The notes under the pieces: generated by a model
What the model was told of the DNA's origin: nothing
What the model saw: the letters and a program-made list of their open reading frames with translations, nothing else
Databases searched by the model: none
Shown: positions 47,274 to 56,909 of the stretch, piece after piece
Numbering within the stretch: the first letter of the stretch is position 1
Layout: every line of letters starts with the position of its first letter
Assembly (NCBI GenBank): GCA_023247445.1
Contig: JAHFGL010000002.1
Coordinates: 64,553-128,552, forward strand
Reading direction: 5' to 3'
Length of the DNA: 64,000 nucleotides
From: Candidatus Omnitrophota bacterium
GTDB taxonomy: Bacteria; Omnitrophota; Gorgyraeia; Zapsychrales; Zapsychraceae
Made by a program: the position numbers and the translations under genes

Positions 47274-49025
47274 ATGGCCTCATTAAAAGACGATTTAAAA
47301 AAAATTCTTTTGCGCGACAATCTTATTTCTCCGGAAGATCTTACGCGCGCTGTTGAGGAGCAAAAAAAAACAGGAGGAGAGTTAAGTAGAATTCTTGTCC
47401 AGCTTAATGTCATCAGTGAAGATGTCTTGACCCAAGTCTTAAGCGAAGGGCTTGGCCTTCCCCCCATTAATATTGCCCGTCTTAAAATTGACCCGAACGT
47501 TGTAAAACTCATCTCCAAAGAATTAGCCATTAAATATAAGATTATTCCGATTTCACTCATGGGTGATCATTTAGCCTTGGCCATGGCGGATCCGCTTAAT
47601 ATTTTTATCATTGATAATATATCGGCATTGACGGGATATATCATTGATCCGATTGTTGGTCGATCTAAAGATATTGAGCAGACTATTCAAAAATATTATG
47701 TCGAGGTCGATACGGGGGCTAAACCATCAGAAGCTTTTGATAGTATTATTAAAGATTTCAAAGATGGTGGTGATTTAGAATTAGTTAAAGATTCCTTGGC
47801 TGATGCCAAGGGCGGTGGGAAGGTTGAGGAATTAACAGATGACGCCCCTATTATTAAATTAGCGGACACAATCATTCAGCAAGCTGTTGCCGCCAAGGCC
47901 AGTGACGTTTTTATCGAACCTTTAGAAAAAGCGATGCGTGTTCGTTATCGCGTGGATGGAGTTATTCGTGAAATTGATCGCATGTCAAAGGTACTTCATG
48001 CCCCACTTATTTCGCGTATTAAAGTTATTTCTAACCTAGATATCTCGGAACATCGTCTTCCTCAAGATGGCCGATTTAAAACGATTATTTCTGAAAATCG
48101 AGAAGTTGATTTTCGTGTTAATGTTTTACCGACGGCATTAGGGGAGAAGGTGGTTCTTCGTGTTTTAGATAAAACAGGATTTGTTTTAGATATTGATAAG
48201 TTAGGATTTGAGCCCAAGGCCTTAGAGCAACTAAAAGAATGTGGCCTAAGACCACATGGTTTGATTTTAACGTGTGGTCCAACCGGCAGCGGGAAAACAA
48301 CAACACTTTATTCTATTCTTAAACATGTTGATTCCCCCACAAAGAATATCGTAACGGTTGAAGATCCCGTGGAATTTCAGATTAAGGGATTGAATCAAGT
48401 TAATATTAAACCTGCGATGGGGCTTACTTTTCCAACGAGCTTACGGTCAATTCTTCGTCAAGATCCAGATATTATCATGATTGGTGAAATCCGCGATGCT
48501 GAGACACTCGACATTGCGATTAAAGCCGCGTTAACAGGGCACTTGGTTTTAAGTTCATTACATACAACAACAGCCGCGGGATCTATTGTGCGTATGATGA
48601 ATATGGGGATTGAACCATTTCTTATTTCTTCCTCGGCCTTAGCTATTGTTGCCCAACGGCTTTTGCGTAGGTTATGTCCTCGCTGCAAAGAAAGTTATGT
48701 TCTGCCGCCTGAGGTAGTTAAGGAAGTTGGACTAACTCGATTAACTTCGTCAAAGAAGGTTGAGCTATTTAAAGCCAAGGGATGTGAGCAATGTTATAAG
48801 TTGGGTTATCGTGGTCGTGTTGGGATTAATGAAATGTTGCTTTTTACCAACAAGATTAAGGAAGCCGTCTTGGCGGAAGAAGGGGAAATAAAGATTAAAG
48901 AAATTGCGCGATTAGAGGGCATGCGCACCATGCGTGAAGATGGACTTGTCAAAGCCTTGGCGGGATTAACAAGTTTGGAAGAAGTTTTAAGAGTTACAGC
49001 CCCGGATGAAAATTTAGAAGATTAA
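47274..49025 (+). CDS. pilB: type IV pilus/T2SS assembly ATPase PilB/GspE, copy 1
   Basis: Walker A GPTGSGKTTTLYS, Asp box, His box, tetracysteine CPRC...CEQC. Confidence 0.9.
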   Translation: MASLKDDLKKILLRDNLISPEDLTRAVEEQKKTGGELSRILVQLNVISEDVLTQVLSEGLGLPPINIARLKIDPNVVKLISKELAIKYKIIPISLMGDHLALAMADPLNIFIIDNISALTGYIIDPIVGRSKDIEQTIQKYYVEVDTGAKPSEAFDSIIKDFKDGGDLELVKDSLADAKGGGKVEELTDDAPIIKLADTIIQQAVAAKASDVFIEPLEKAMRVRYRVDGVIREIDRMSKVLHAPLISRIKVISNLDISEHRLPQDGRFKTIISENREVDFRVNVLPTALGEKVVLRVLDKTGFVLDIDKLGFEPKALEQLKECGLRPHGLILTCGPTGSGKTTTLYSILKHVDSPTKNIVTVEDPVEFQIKGLNQVNIKPAMGLTFPTSLRSILRQDPDIIMIGEIRDAETLDIAIKAALTGHLVLSSLHTTTAAGSIVRMMNMGIEPFLISSSALAIVAQRLLRRLCPRCKESYVLPPEVVKEVGLTRLTSSKKVELFKAKGCEQCYKLGYRGRVGINEMLLFTNKIKEAVLAEEGEIKIKEIARLEGMRTMREDGLVKALAGLTSLEEVLRVTAPDENLED

Positions 49026-49026
49026 T

Positions 49027-50736
49027 ATGAGCAAGACCTTAAAAGAGCGTATTTTAAAAACCTTGATCGATACTCAGAAATTAAAAAAAGAAGATATCGA
49101 TGAGGCAATGACGTTACAGAAAAAGAAGGGCATTAGTTTCGAAAAGGCTTTGATCGAGAAGGATTTGGTTAAAGAAAAAGATTTGTTGCTACTATTGGTA
49201 CGTGAGCTCAACATCCCTTTTATCAATTTAAATAAATATAGAATTGATCCAAATTTAAAAGAAATTGTTCCTGAGCGCATTGCCCGCCTTTATCACATTA
49301 TTCCCCTTTCTCTTTTGGAGTACACGTTAACGGTTGCTATCTCGGATCCCCTTAATATTTTTGTCATCGATGATCTTAAGAATATTACTGGAAAAGAAAT
49401 TGATGTGGTTATTAGCACGGATTCTGATATTGCCAAGGCCATTGATACGTATTATGGAACACAGGCGGCGGCGACCCTCAAAGAAATCAGTCAAGAGGTA
49501 AAGGCTGGAGAGCTAGAGATTGTTTCTGCTCATGATGTGGATGAAGAAATTGGTGGGGTTGTCGATGAAAGCCAAAAAGCGCCAATTATCCGCATGGTCA
49601 ATTTGATTATCAAGGAAGCGATTCGTCAGCGCGCGTCGGATATTCATATGGAACCGATGATTGATGGCATGCGCGTTCGTTACCGTATTGATGGAATTCT
49701 ACAAGATATTTTAAATGTTCCCAAGGTCAATCAGAACGCCGTTATTGTGCGCATTAAGATTATGGCGCAACTAGATATCACCACCGGCCATATCCCACAA
49801 GACGGCCGGTTTAAATCAAAAATGTCCGACAAGGAAATTGATTTTCGCGTATCGTTATTGCCAACGATCTATGGACAAAAAGTTGTTATGCGGGTATTAG
49901 ATAAAGGAAATCTTGCCGTTGGATTAAATGGGCTCGGTGTTTCACCAAAATCACTAGCTGTTTTAGAAGAGGCGATCAAAAAACCTTTTGGAATGATTTT
50001 GGTAACCGGGCCAACAGGAAGCGGTAAATCAACAACGCTTTATTCCATCGTCAATGAACTTAATACGGTTGATAAAAATATTGTCACCATTGAAGATCCT
50101 GTTGAATATTTGATTGAAGGTTTAACACAAATTCAAGCCCGTCCAGATATTGGATTAACCTTTGCGGAAGGTTTACGGGCGACACTTCGCCAAAGTCCGG
50201 ATGTTGTCATGGTGGGGGAAATTCGTGACAATGAAACGGCTGACATTGCGATTAAGGCATCTCTAACGGGTCAATTGGTTTTTTCGACGCTGCACACCAA
50301 CGATGCCCCTGGGGCTCTGACGCGTTTAGTGGACATGGGCGTTGAGCCTTTTTTAGTGGCGTCTAGTTTGGTTTTAGTTAGTGCGCAGCGTTTGTGCCGA
50401 AAAATATGTTCGGCCTGTAAGGAATCTGTTAAGATCGACCAACATGTTCTTGATCGATTAGAGTATAAGTTTAAATCAGGGACACTTTTTTATCATGGTA
50501 AAGGTTGTGATAACTGTCGACATACGGGCTATCGAGGCCGAACGTGTATTACAGAAGTTTTAGACATTGATGATGAAATTCGTAATATGTTGTTAGCTGG
50601 GAAATCATCACAGATTATCAAGCAATATGCTCAAGAGAAAAAGGGAATGAATACGCTCTGGGAAGATGCCATTGAAAAATGTCTTGCGGGGATTACAACG
50701 TTAGAAGAAGTTTTGCGTGTTACAACGAAAGAATAA
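49027..50736 (+). CDS. type IV pilus/T2SS assembly ATPase PilB/GspE, copy 2
   Basis: Walker A GPTGSGKSTTLYS, tetracysteine CSAC...CDNC; N-terminal GspE_N-like domain. Confidence 0.9.
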   Translation: MSKTLKERILKTLIDTQKLKKEDIDEAMTLQKKKGISFEKALIEKDLVKEKDLLLLLVRELNIPFINLNKYRIDPNLKEIVPERIARLYHIIPLSLLEYTLTVAISDPLNIFVIDDLKNITGKEIDVVISTDSDIAKAIDTYYGTQAAATLKEISQEVKAGELEIVSAHDVDEEIGGVVDESQKAPIIRMVNLIIKEAIRQRASDIHMEPMIDGMRVRYRIDGILQDILNVPKVNQNAVIVRIKIMAQLDITTGHIPQDGRFKSKMSDKEIDFRVSLLPTIYGQKVVMRVLDKGNLAVGLNGLGVSPKSLAVLEEAIKKPFGMILVTGPTGSGKSTTLYSIVNELNTVDKNIVTIEDPVEYLIEGLTQIQARPDIGLTFAEGLRATLRQSPDVVMVGEIRDNETADIAIKASLTGQLVFSTLHTNDAPGALTRLVDMGVEPFLVASSLVLVSAQRLCRKICSACKESVKIDQHVLDRLEYKFKSGTLFYHGKGCDNCRHTGYRGRTCITEVLDIDDEIRNMLLAGKSSQIIKQYAQEKKGMNTLWEDAIEKCLAGITTLEEVLRVTTKE

Positions 50737-50805
50737 TTTTTTCGTTATTTTCAATAGTTTAATTAATGTTAAAATAAAAACACCTTAATAAACCAAGGAG
50801 TTGGC

Positions 50806-51267
50806 GTGGCTATAATGGATGATGACGAAGAATCAAAAAAACAATTGTTAGGTGAGATATTGGTTAAACGCAATATCATAACCCCCAAGCAACTCGATAC
50901 CGCTTTAGAAGTTCAAAAAAAAGAAGAAGGGTATATTGGAGAGATTTTGGTCAGACTTGGATTTCTGGAAGAGCGGGATATTGTTGTTGCCTTGGTCGTT
51001 CAATGTAATCTTCCCTATATTGCGATCGATAAATATGAGATAGATCGCAGCATCCTTCAATTAATTCCACGAGAAATTGCTTTGAAGTATCATGTTATCC
51101 CTCTGGATCGTGTAGGGGATGTTCTTAGTGTGGTCATGGCTGACCCTTTAAATATTGCAACAAAAGCGGAGTTGCAGCGGATAACCAGCTGCCGTATTGC
51201 TCCTTTTATTGCAACGAAAATAGAAATCGAAAATTCCATTGAACGATGGTTTGGTAAGGAGAAATAG
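50806..51267 (+). CDS. standalone MshEN-like / GspE-N-terminal domain protein, copy 2
   Basis: GTG start with SD aaggag; motifs LLGEILVKRNIITPKQLDTALEVQ-KKEEG-YIGEILVRLGFLEERDIVVALVVQ then T2SSE_N-like region (VVMADPLNIATKAELQRITS). Confidence 0.65.
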   Translation: MAIMDDDEESKKQLLGEILVKRNIITPKQLDTALEVQKKEEGYIGEILVRLGFLEERDIVVALVVQCNLPYIAIDKYEIDRSILQLIPREIALKYHVIPLDRVGDVLSVVMADPLNIATKAELQRITSCRIAPFIATKIEIENSIERWFGKEK

Positions 51268-51268
51268 G

Positions 51269-52477
51269 ATGCCAACGTTTAAATACACAGCGAAAACAGA
51301 ACAGTCACAGACGGTCGCCGGTAAAATTGTTGCGGAAAATAACAAGGTGGTCATTGAAGAACTGCGTAAACGTAAATTAACGATTATTACTTTATCTGAA
51401 GTTAAAGAATCGTCGCCGTCAAAATTTAAATCCAAAGGAAGCAAAGTCAAAGGGGAAGAAATTGTTATCTTTGCCCGACAGTTAGCAACGATGGTTGATG
51501 CTGGGATTCCAATTTTGCAGGCGATTAATGCGCTCAAAGATCAAGTAACTCATGTGGGATTTCAAAAGATTTTGGGGAACGTGGAAAGTGATATTCAGCA
51601 CGGAAGTAGTTTGTCCGCGGCCTTTGCCAAACATCCCATAACGTTTGATACACTTTTTGTCAGCATGGTTCGCGTCGGAGAAACAGGAGGAGTTTTAAGT
51701 GCGATTCTTGATCGTGTGGCTACCTATATGGAAAAAACTTTAAAATTAAAACGTAAGGTTAAATCAGCCTTAGTTTATCCAGCGGTGGTTGTGAGTATGG
51801 CGATTATTATCACAACTGTTTTACTTGTAAAGGTTGTTCCTACCTTTGCCGGGATCTATTCATCATTTGGTTCAAAATTACCCGCGATGACCCAGATGCT
51901 ATTGACTATTAGCAACATTTTAAAAAAGGATTTGATTTTTGTGATTATCGCTATTGGCGCCATTGTTTTTGCTTTGAAGAAATGGCATGGCACTGATAAG
52001 GGGGCACTAGCCATCGACGGGTTTCTTTTAAAAATGCCGATTTTTGGAGAGCTTCTACGAAAGTTTTCGATTAGTCGATTTACACGAACTTTGGCGACTT
52101 TGGTGCAAAGTGGTGTTCCTATTTTGGAATCTTTAGATATCGTCGGAAAGACTATTGGTAATCGTGTTTTAGAGTTGGTTGTTCAGGATGTTAAAAATAG
52201 TGTTCGTGAAGGACAGAGCATTGCCGCGCCTTTAAATAAAAGTGGCGTTTTTCCTCCCATGGTTACACGGATGATTGCTATTGGGGAGAAGTCTGGTCAA
52301 TTAGAAAAAATGCTTCTTAAAATTTCTGAATTTTATGATGATCAAGTTGATGCCTCGGTTGATGCTTTAACCAGCATCATTGAGCCGTTGATTATTGGTA
52401 TTTTGGGAATTATTATTGGTTTTATTGTCATCGCATTATTTTTACCAATTATCAGCATCACACAGTTGGTTAAGTAA
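51269..52477 (+). CDS. pilC: type IV pilus inner-membrane platform protein PilC/GspF
   Basis: two T2SSF repeats, three TM; ORF track start 51239 overlaps upstream gene, ATG 51269 preferred. Confidence 0.85.
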   Translation: MPTFKYTAKTEQSQTVAGKIVAENNKVVIEELRKRKLTIITLSEVKESSPSKFKSKGSKVKGEEIVIFARQLATMVDAGIPILQAINALKDQVTHVGFQKILGNVESDIQHGSSLSAAFAKHPITFDTLFVSMVRVGETGGVLSAILDRVATYMEKTLKLKRKVKSALVYPAVVVSMAIIITTVLLVKVVPTFAGIYSSFGSKLPAMTQMLLTISNILKKDLIFVIIAIGAIVFALKKWHGTDKGALAIDGFLLKMPIFGELLRKFSISRFTRTLATLVQSGVPILESLDIVGKTIGNRVLELVVQDVKNSVREGQSIAAPLNKSGVFPPMVTRMIAIGEKSGQLEKMLLKISEFYDDQVDASVDALTSIIEPLIIGILGIIIGFIVIALFLPIISITQLVK

Positions 52478-53495
52478 TTTATTCGGGAGAAAAGATATTT
52501 TTAACACACTTTTTTATATTACTTTGATAAGTTTGTGGCTGTGTAGTGGATCGTCTTTGGCCTGGGCACAGCAAAAAAGAGATATCCCCGTTAATCAAAT
52601 CTTAGAATCCAGCCTTACGAGCCTCAAAGATAGTGCTCAGAAAGTCCAAGAGCGTAATCAGTGGCTGTCTCTTGAAACCCAAAGACTTCAAAATGAAATC
52701 AAAGAATACAAGAAAGATTTAGAAAAGCTAGAAGAAGGCCGATCAAAGTTAACCGCAGGCGTCGCCCAGCAAGATCAGCTTTTAAATCATGTGAGTAAAG
52801 AAGCCACACTTGTTGAAAAAGGCGTTAAGCGACTCAATAAGGATATCAATCAATTAACGGCTGAAGAGAAGGATATCGAAGCAAAGATCGAAGCTAACCG
52901 TCAAGGATATCAAGAAATCAAGAATCAAATTGAATCGCGTCAGAAAGAGATTTCTCAACTAAAAGAACGAGGAGTTACTTTATCGAACATGCTATCTGGT
53001 AAAGACTCTAATATAGAGAAAGAGAAATTATTAAAATCTATTGAAGCGAGCAAAAAAAATGTTGGTTTTGCACAAAAGAAGTTAAAGCAATTAGCGGGTG
53101 AGCGTGACAGACCGCTAACAATGATTTCTGATTTAGAGAAGAAGCAGAAGCTATTAAAGGAACAATTGAGTGGGTTAGAGCAAGAGTATGGTTTTATATT
53201 AGAAGAGGAAAAAAATGTTATTAATAATATAGAAAATGTGAAGAAAGAAAAAGAAACCCAATTGCCGCAGTTAACAGAAGAGGTTAATCAGCTCAAGGTC
53301 AAAAGTAATGAATTGGAAGATGTTCTTAGCAAAGCTAAGGCAAAACTCAAGGAAAGTGAATTAAATTTAGCAAATGGGGAGCTGGAAGAGTCTCAGTTGC
53401 GACAAAATTTGACGGTTATTAAGAAGGAAACTATCGGATTAAAGGATGAATTGTTGTCTTTGGGCAAAACTCTAGAACAGATAGAGAATAATTAG
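52395..53495 (+). CDS. secreted/membrane-anchored coiled-coil protein in pilus cluster
   Basis: signal-like LISLWLCSGSSLAWAQQ then ~300 aa heptad-rich; real start may be downstream (e.g. TTG ~52524). Confidence 0.4.
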   Translation: MVFWELLLVLLSSHYFYQLSASHSWLSNLFGRKDIFNTLFYITLISLWLCSGSSLAWAQQKRDIPVNQILESSLTSLKDSAQKVQERNQWLSLETQRLQNEIKEYKKDLEKLEEGRSKLTAGVAQQDQLLNHVSKEATLVEKGVKRLNKDINQLTAEEKDIEAKIEANRQGYQEIKNQIESRQKEISQLKERGVTLSNMLSGKDSNIEKEKLLKSIEASKKNVGFAQKKLKQLAGERDRPLTMISDLEKKQKLLKEQLSGLEQEYGFILEEEKNVINNIENVKKEKETQLPQLTEEVNQLKVKSNELEDVLSKAKAKLKESELNLANGELEESQLRQNLTVIKKETIGLKDELLSLGKTLEQIENN

Positions 53496-53782
53496 GGGAT
53501 AGGGGCAGTTTGACACCCCTCTGCCAGCATGTTATACTTTCGACGCAGATATGAAAGGGTAAACCTTCCGTAAGGATGGGACACAAAACTATAGGGCCCT
53601 ACAATAGAGGGCAGCCAGTTGCCAAGATGAGCGATTTTTGTGAACCTATTCCCAAAGAAGGAATAGGTTTTTTTATCAGTGTAGGAAAGTATATAGGAAT
53701 TTAGAAACTGCTAGAAAATTCCTTTCCTACACAGCAAAGAAGATATGACGAACGAAGTGAGGAATTTTCTTGTGAAAAGTCT

Positions 53783-53809
53783 TTGATAACTTGTTATCTG
53801 TGCTATAAT
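53783..53809 (+). promoter_or_regulatory. candidate promoter upstream of pilA (TTGATA-15-TGcTATAAT) overlapping GATAAC-TTG-TTATC palindrome
   Basis: ttgata 53783-53788, extended -10 tgctataat 53801-53809; spacer only 15 nt. Confidence 0.25.
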
Positions 53810-54012
53810 TACGACAACTTCGAAGAAAGTATAAATGAGAATAAGGGAGGTGGAATCGAAGTCGTAGAGTAATAACAATGCAACAAACTGGGCAATTAGT
53901 TAGAAAATAAATCCGATAAGGGAAAACGGTCTTATACCTTAAATAAAATACAGTAATAAGAACCTTTTCGGGAAATGACTAAAAGCTCAAAAATCGAAAA
54001 GGAGAGATTAAA

Positions 54013-54411
54013 ATGAAACGAACAAATCAAAGTGGTTTTACGTTAGTAGAAATTATGATCGTTGTTGCGATCATTGCGCTATTAGCGGCGATTGCAATTC
54101 CAAACTTACTTCGCGCTAAGATTTCAGCCAATGATGCCAACGCGCAGGCAACTTTGCGAAGTATGTCTACTGCTTCCGAAACTTTTGGAACAGCAAACAA
54201 TGGGAGTTATCCAGCAGCGGTCACCTCAATGGTTACAGGGTCTACACCACCCTATCTTAATAGTAACTATTGCGGGGTAACGATGGATGGGTATGCGTTT
54301 TCATGTACTAATACGACAGGTGCATATACTTATATCGCAACACCGACTACGGTAGGAACAACAGGGACGACAACCTACACAATGACAACAGGCGGAATTT
54401 TAACTCCGTAA
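54013..54411 (+). CDS. pilA: type IV major pilin (class III signal peptide)
   Basis: N-terminus MKRTNQSGFTLVEIMIVVAIIALLAAIAIPNLL; strong SD aaaaggagag; Thr/Gly-rich C-terminus. Confidence 0.85.
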   Translation: MKRTNQSGFTLVEIMIVVAIIALLAAIAIPNLLRAKISANDANAQATLRSMSTASETFGTANNGSYPAAVTSMVTGSTPPYLNSNYCGVTMDGYAFSCTNTTGAYTYIATPTTVGTTGTTTYTMTTGGILTP

Positions 54412-54439
54412 TTGTTTTTGTGTGGTTTGAATTATTATA

Positions 54440-54476
54440 AAAAGGAGAGCTTGAATCAAGCTCTCCTTTTTATTTA
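54440..54476 (+). terminator. strong intrinsic terminator after pilA
   Basis: ggagagcttga-a-tcaagctctcc perfect 11-bp stem followed by tttttattt. Confidence 0.8.
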
Positions 54477-54674
54477 TGCGCAAGTCTATAAATAATTAAA
54501 ATAGATATTACCTTCCAAACAACTTAATGTTATGATCGAGTTGAAAAAAATAAAATTTCCTTTGAAACACATTAGTGCTTGGCCTTCGCTCAGCACTAAT
54601 GGTGAGCGAATAAATAAATTAAAAAAACAGTCGAACCATTAGCATTTGTTAGCAACTTTGTTATAATACAACCA

Positions 54675-55730
54675 ATGCATCCGCTATTATCGAATTACTT
54701 CAATTTTATCCATAAATTTACTTCTCCTATCAAAGAAAGCTCTTCTGTCGGGTTAGACATTGGGACCAGTGAATGTAAACTTATCGAGATTTCTAAATCC
54801 AATGATTCCTTCGAACTATTATCTTGGGCCGTCGATCCTGTTTTAGACGGCAATGTGGCCGCAACGCTGCAAAAAATGCTGAGTCGTTTAAAGATTCCTT
54901 GCAAGGCTCCCTATACATCTATTTTTGGAAAAGGAACACTCATTCGTTATATTGATATGCCGCGAATGTCAAAAGACGAGCTAAAAAATTCTTTTGGTAT
55001 TGAATCGGATAAATATTTTCCATTTCCTCAAGATAAAATCTACACAGATTGTTATATTTTAGATGCCCAAGCCGCTGGTCAACAAATGTCCGTTATGGCC
55101 GCTGCCGTCAAAAGAGAAATTGTTGATCAACGGATCAAGTTGTTAAGTGATTTAGGAGCGCAAGCAGATTTTATTGGCCTCGACTCTATCGCTTTAGCGA
55201 ATGTAATTAATGTTTTAGGCTGTAAAGAAGAAGCGGATAAGAATACAGGGATGGCGCTATTAGATATGGGAGATACTGTTTCCAATCTTACTATTTTTGT
55301 TGATCGCCTACCGAGGTTTTCTCGTGATATTTATATTGGAGGACGTGATTTTACAAAAAGTATCAGCAATGCCTTGGGTGTAGGATTTGCAGATGCCGAA
55401 AAGCTTAAAATAAATCCAGGCGAAAGATTAAAAGATGTTGCGATCGCTTATGAGTCAGTTATTGGTAATATTGTTCAAGAATTAAAATTATCCTTTGATT
55501 ATTTTGTTACAGAAAGAAACAAAGAAATCCAAACACTTTTGTTAACGGGAGGATGTTCTTTGCTGACAGGAGTCTCGGATACGTTAAAGAGCAACTTAGA
55601 AATTAAGGTTCAGGCTTGGGATCCCTTCTCAAATATTAAAATTAATCCTGAATTATCAGGGGTAGAAATTCATAAAAACGCTGCGAAATTAAGCGTGGCC
55701 TTAGGTTTGGCCCTTTACGATTATGATTGA
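54675..55730 (+). CDS. pilM: type IV pilus assembly ATPase-fold protein PilM
   Basis: VGLDIGTSECKLIEI actin-like N-terminus; perfect tataat at 54662-54667 ends 7 nt before ATG. Confidence 0.85.
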   Translation: MHPLLSNYFNFIHKFTSPIKESSSVGLDIGTSECKLIEISKSNDSFELLSWAVDPVLDGNVAATLQKMLSRLKIPCKAPYTSIFGKGTLIRYIDMPRMSKDELKNSFGIESDKYFPFPQDKIYTDCYILDAQAAGQQMSVMAAAVKREIVDQRIKLLSDLGAQADFIGLDSIALANVINVLGCKEEADKNTGMALLDMGDTVSNLTIFVDRLPRFSRDIYIGGRDFTKSISNALGVGFADAEKLKINPGERLKDVAIAYESVIGNIVQELKLSFDYFVTERNKEIQTLLLTGGCSLLTGVSDTLKSNLEIKVQAWDPFSNIKINPELSGVEIHKNAAKLSVALGLALYDYD

Positions 55731-56307
55731 TATTAATTTAATTCCACCTAATTTGAGAAAGAAACGAAAAGGTCAGTTTGCCATCGGGCAATCAACCTTG
55801 CCTCTTGAGGTTATTATTGGGATTGGAGGAGGGTTTTTAGCCTTTCTATTTTTGCTTCATGTGACGTTGTTTTTGGTCGATATGTCAAAGAAAGCTTACA
55901 AAATGAGTTTGCAAAAACAGTGGGATAATATGTCGCCGGCGAAACAAAAATTCGATGCCATGGTTAATGATATGCACAGCTTGCAGAGTAAACAAAAGAC
56001 CATTGAAGATTTGGTTGGCAGTAGCCGTATTTTGTGGTCGCAAAAGTTAAATATATTAAGTGATCTTTTGCCTCGAGGCGTTTGGTTACGGAAAATGGAA
56101 TTACAAGACAGTCTTTTGCTGGTCGAAGGCAGTGCTATTTCACGAAAGAATGAAGAGATGACGAATGTTCATAGTTTTGCCTCGAGCCTTAAGGCTAATA
56201 AAGATTTTATGGATCATTTTAGTGATTTAGAATTGGGAGCCATTCAAACACGAACCATCGGTAAGGTCGAAATCGCCGATTTTATTTTTAAAACAAAATC
56301 AAAATGA
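55723..56307 (+). CDS. pilN: PilN
   Basis: MIDINLIPP N-terminus, single TM, follows pilM with overlap. Confidence 0.75.
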   Translation: MIDINLIPPNLRKKRKGQFAIGQSTLPLEVIIGIGGGFLAFLFLLHVTLFLVDMSKKAYKMSLQKQWDNMSPAKQKFDAMVNDMHSLQSKQKTIEDLVGSSRILWSQKLNILSDLLPRGVWLRKMELQDSLLLVEGSAISRKNEEMTNVHSFASSLKANKDFMDHFSDLELGAIQTRTIGKVEIADFIFKTKSK

Positions 56308-56894
56308 GCTTTAAAATTCCTGACAATCTTTCTGCTGTTCTTGATAAGATCAACAAGGGGAATCAATATTATGTCCTCGGTGGTCTAATCCTGTTTGTTT
56401 TTCTTTTCGATTATTTTTTACTCATGCGTCCTCAGCTGAGCTCTTCGGCGAAAGCAAGTCAAGAAATTAAAAAATTGGCTGGTGATTTCAAAAAAGCCAA
56501 AGAAGATCTCGCTAAGAGTGGTGGCTATCAAAAAGAAGTCGATCGGCTTAAAGAAAAATTTGAGAGTATGAGCCGTAAAGTTAAATCTAAAGAAGAAGTT
56601 TCGTTAATTTTGGAGCGTGTTTCGCGGTTGGCTTATAAAAATGGTATAAAAATTGATCAGATGGTGCCTAACAGTCAGGAAATAGAGGTCTTAGTTAAGA
56701 ATAATGACCGGTCTTATTCTGCGCTTCCGATCCTAGTAGAGGCTAAAACGGGATATCATAATTTAGGAAAATTTATTAATGATATTGAACGGGATGATAT
56801 GTTTTTAACTGTTGACAGTTTTACAATTTCAACGATAATGGAGTCGCGTCAATTAGAGGTTCAGTTAACTTTGAAAGCCATTGTCTTTGAATAA
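56304..56894 (+). CDS. pilO: PilO
   Basis: single TM, coiled coil, position between pilN and pilP. Confidence 0.65.
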   Translation: MSFKIPDNLSAVLDKINKGNQYYVLGGLILFVFLFDYFLLMRPQLSSSAKASQEIKKLAGDFKKAKEDLAKSGGYQKEVDRLKEKFESMSRKVKSKEEVSLILERVSRLAYKNGIKIDQMVPNSQEIEVLVKNNDRSYSALPILVEAKTGYHNLGKFINDIERDDMFLTVDSFTISTIMESRQLEVQLTLKAIVFE

Positions 56895-56909
56895 CTTTCG
56901 TCTCTGCTA

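Noticed and set aside
53600-53660. Sigma-54-like -24/-12 element (gggcagccagttgcc) upstream of pilA
   Set aside because: GG to GC spacing is 11 rather than the canonical 12, and no enhancer-binding-protein gene is nearby, so not reported as a feature.
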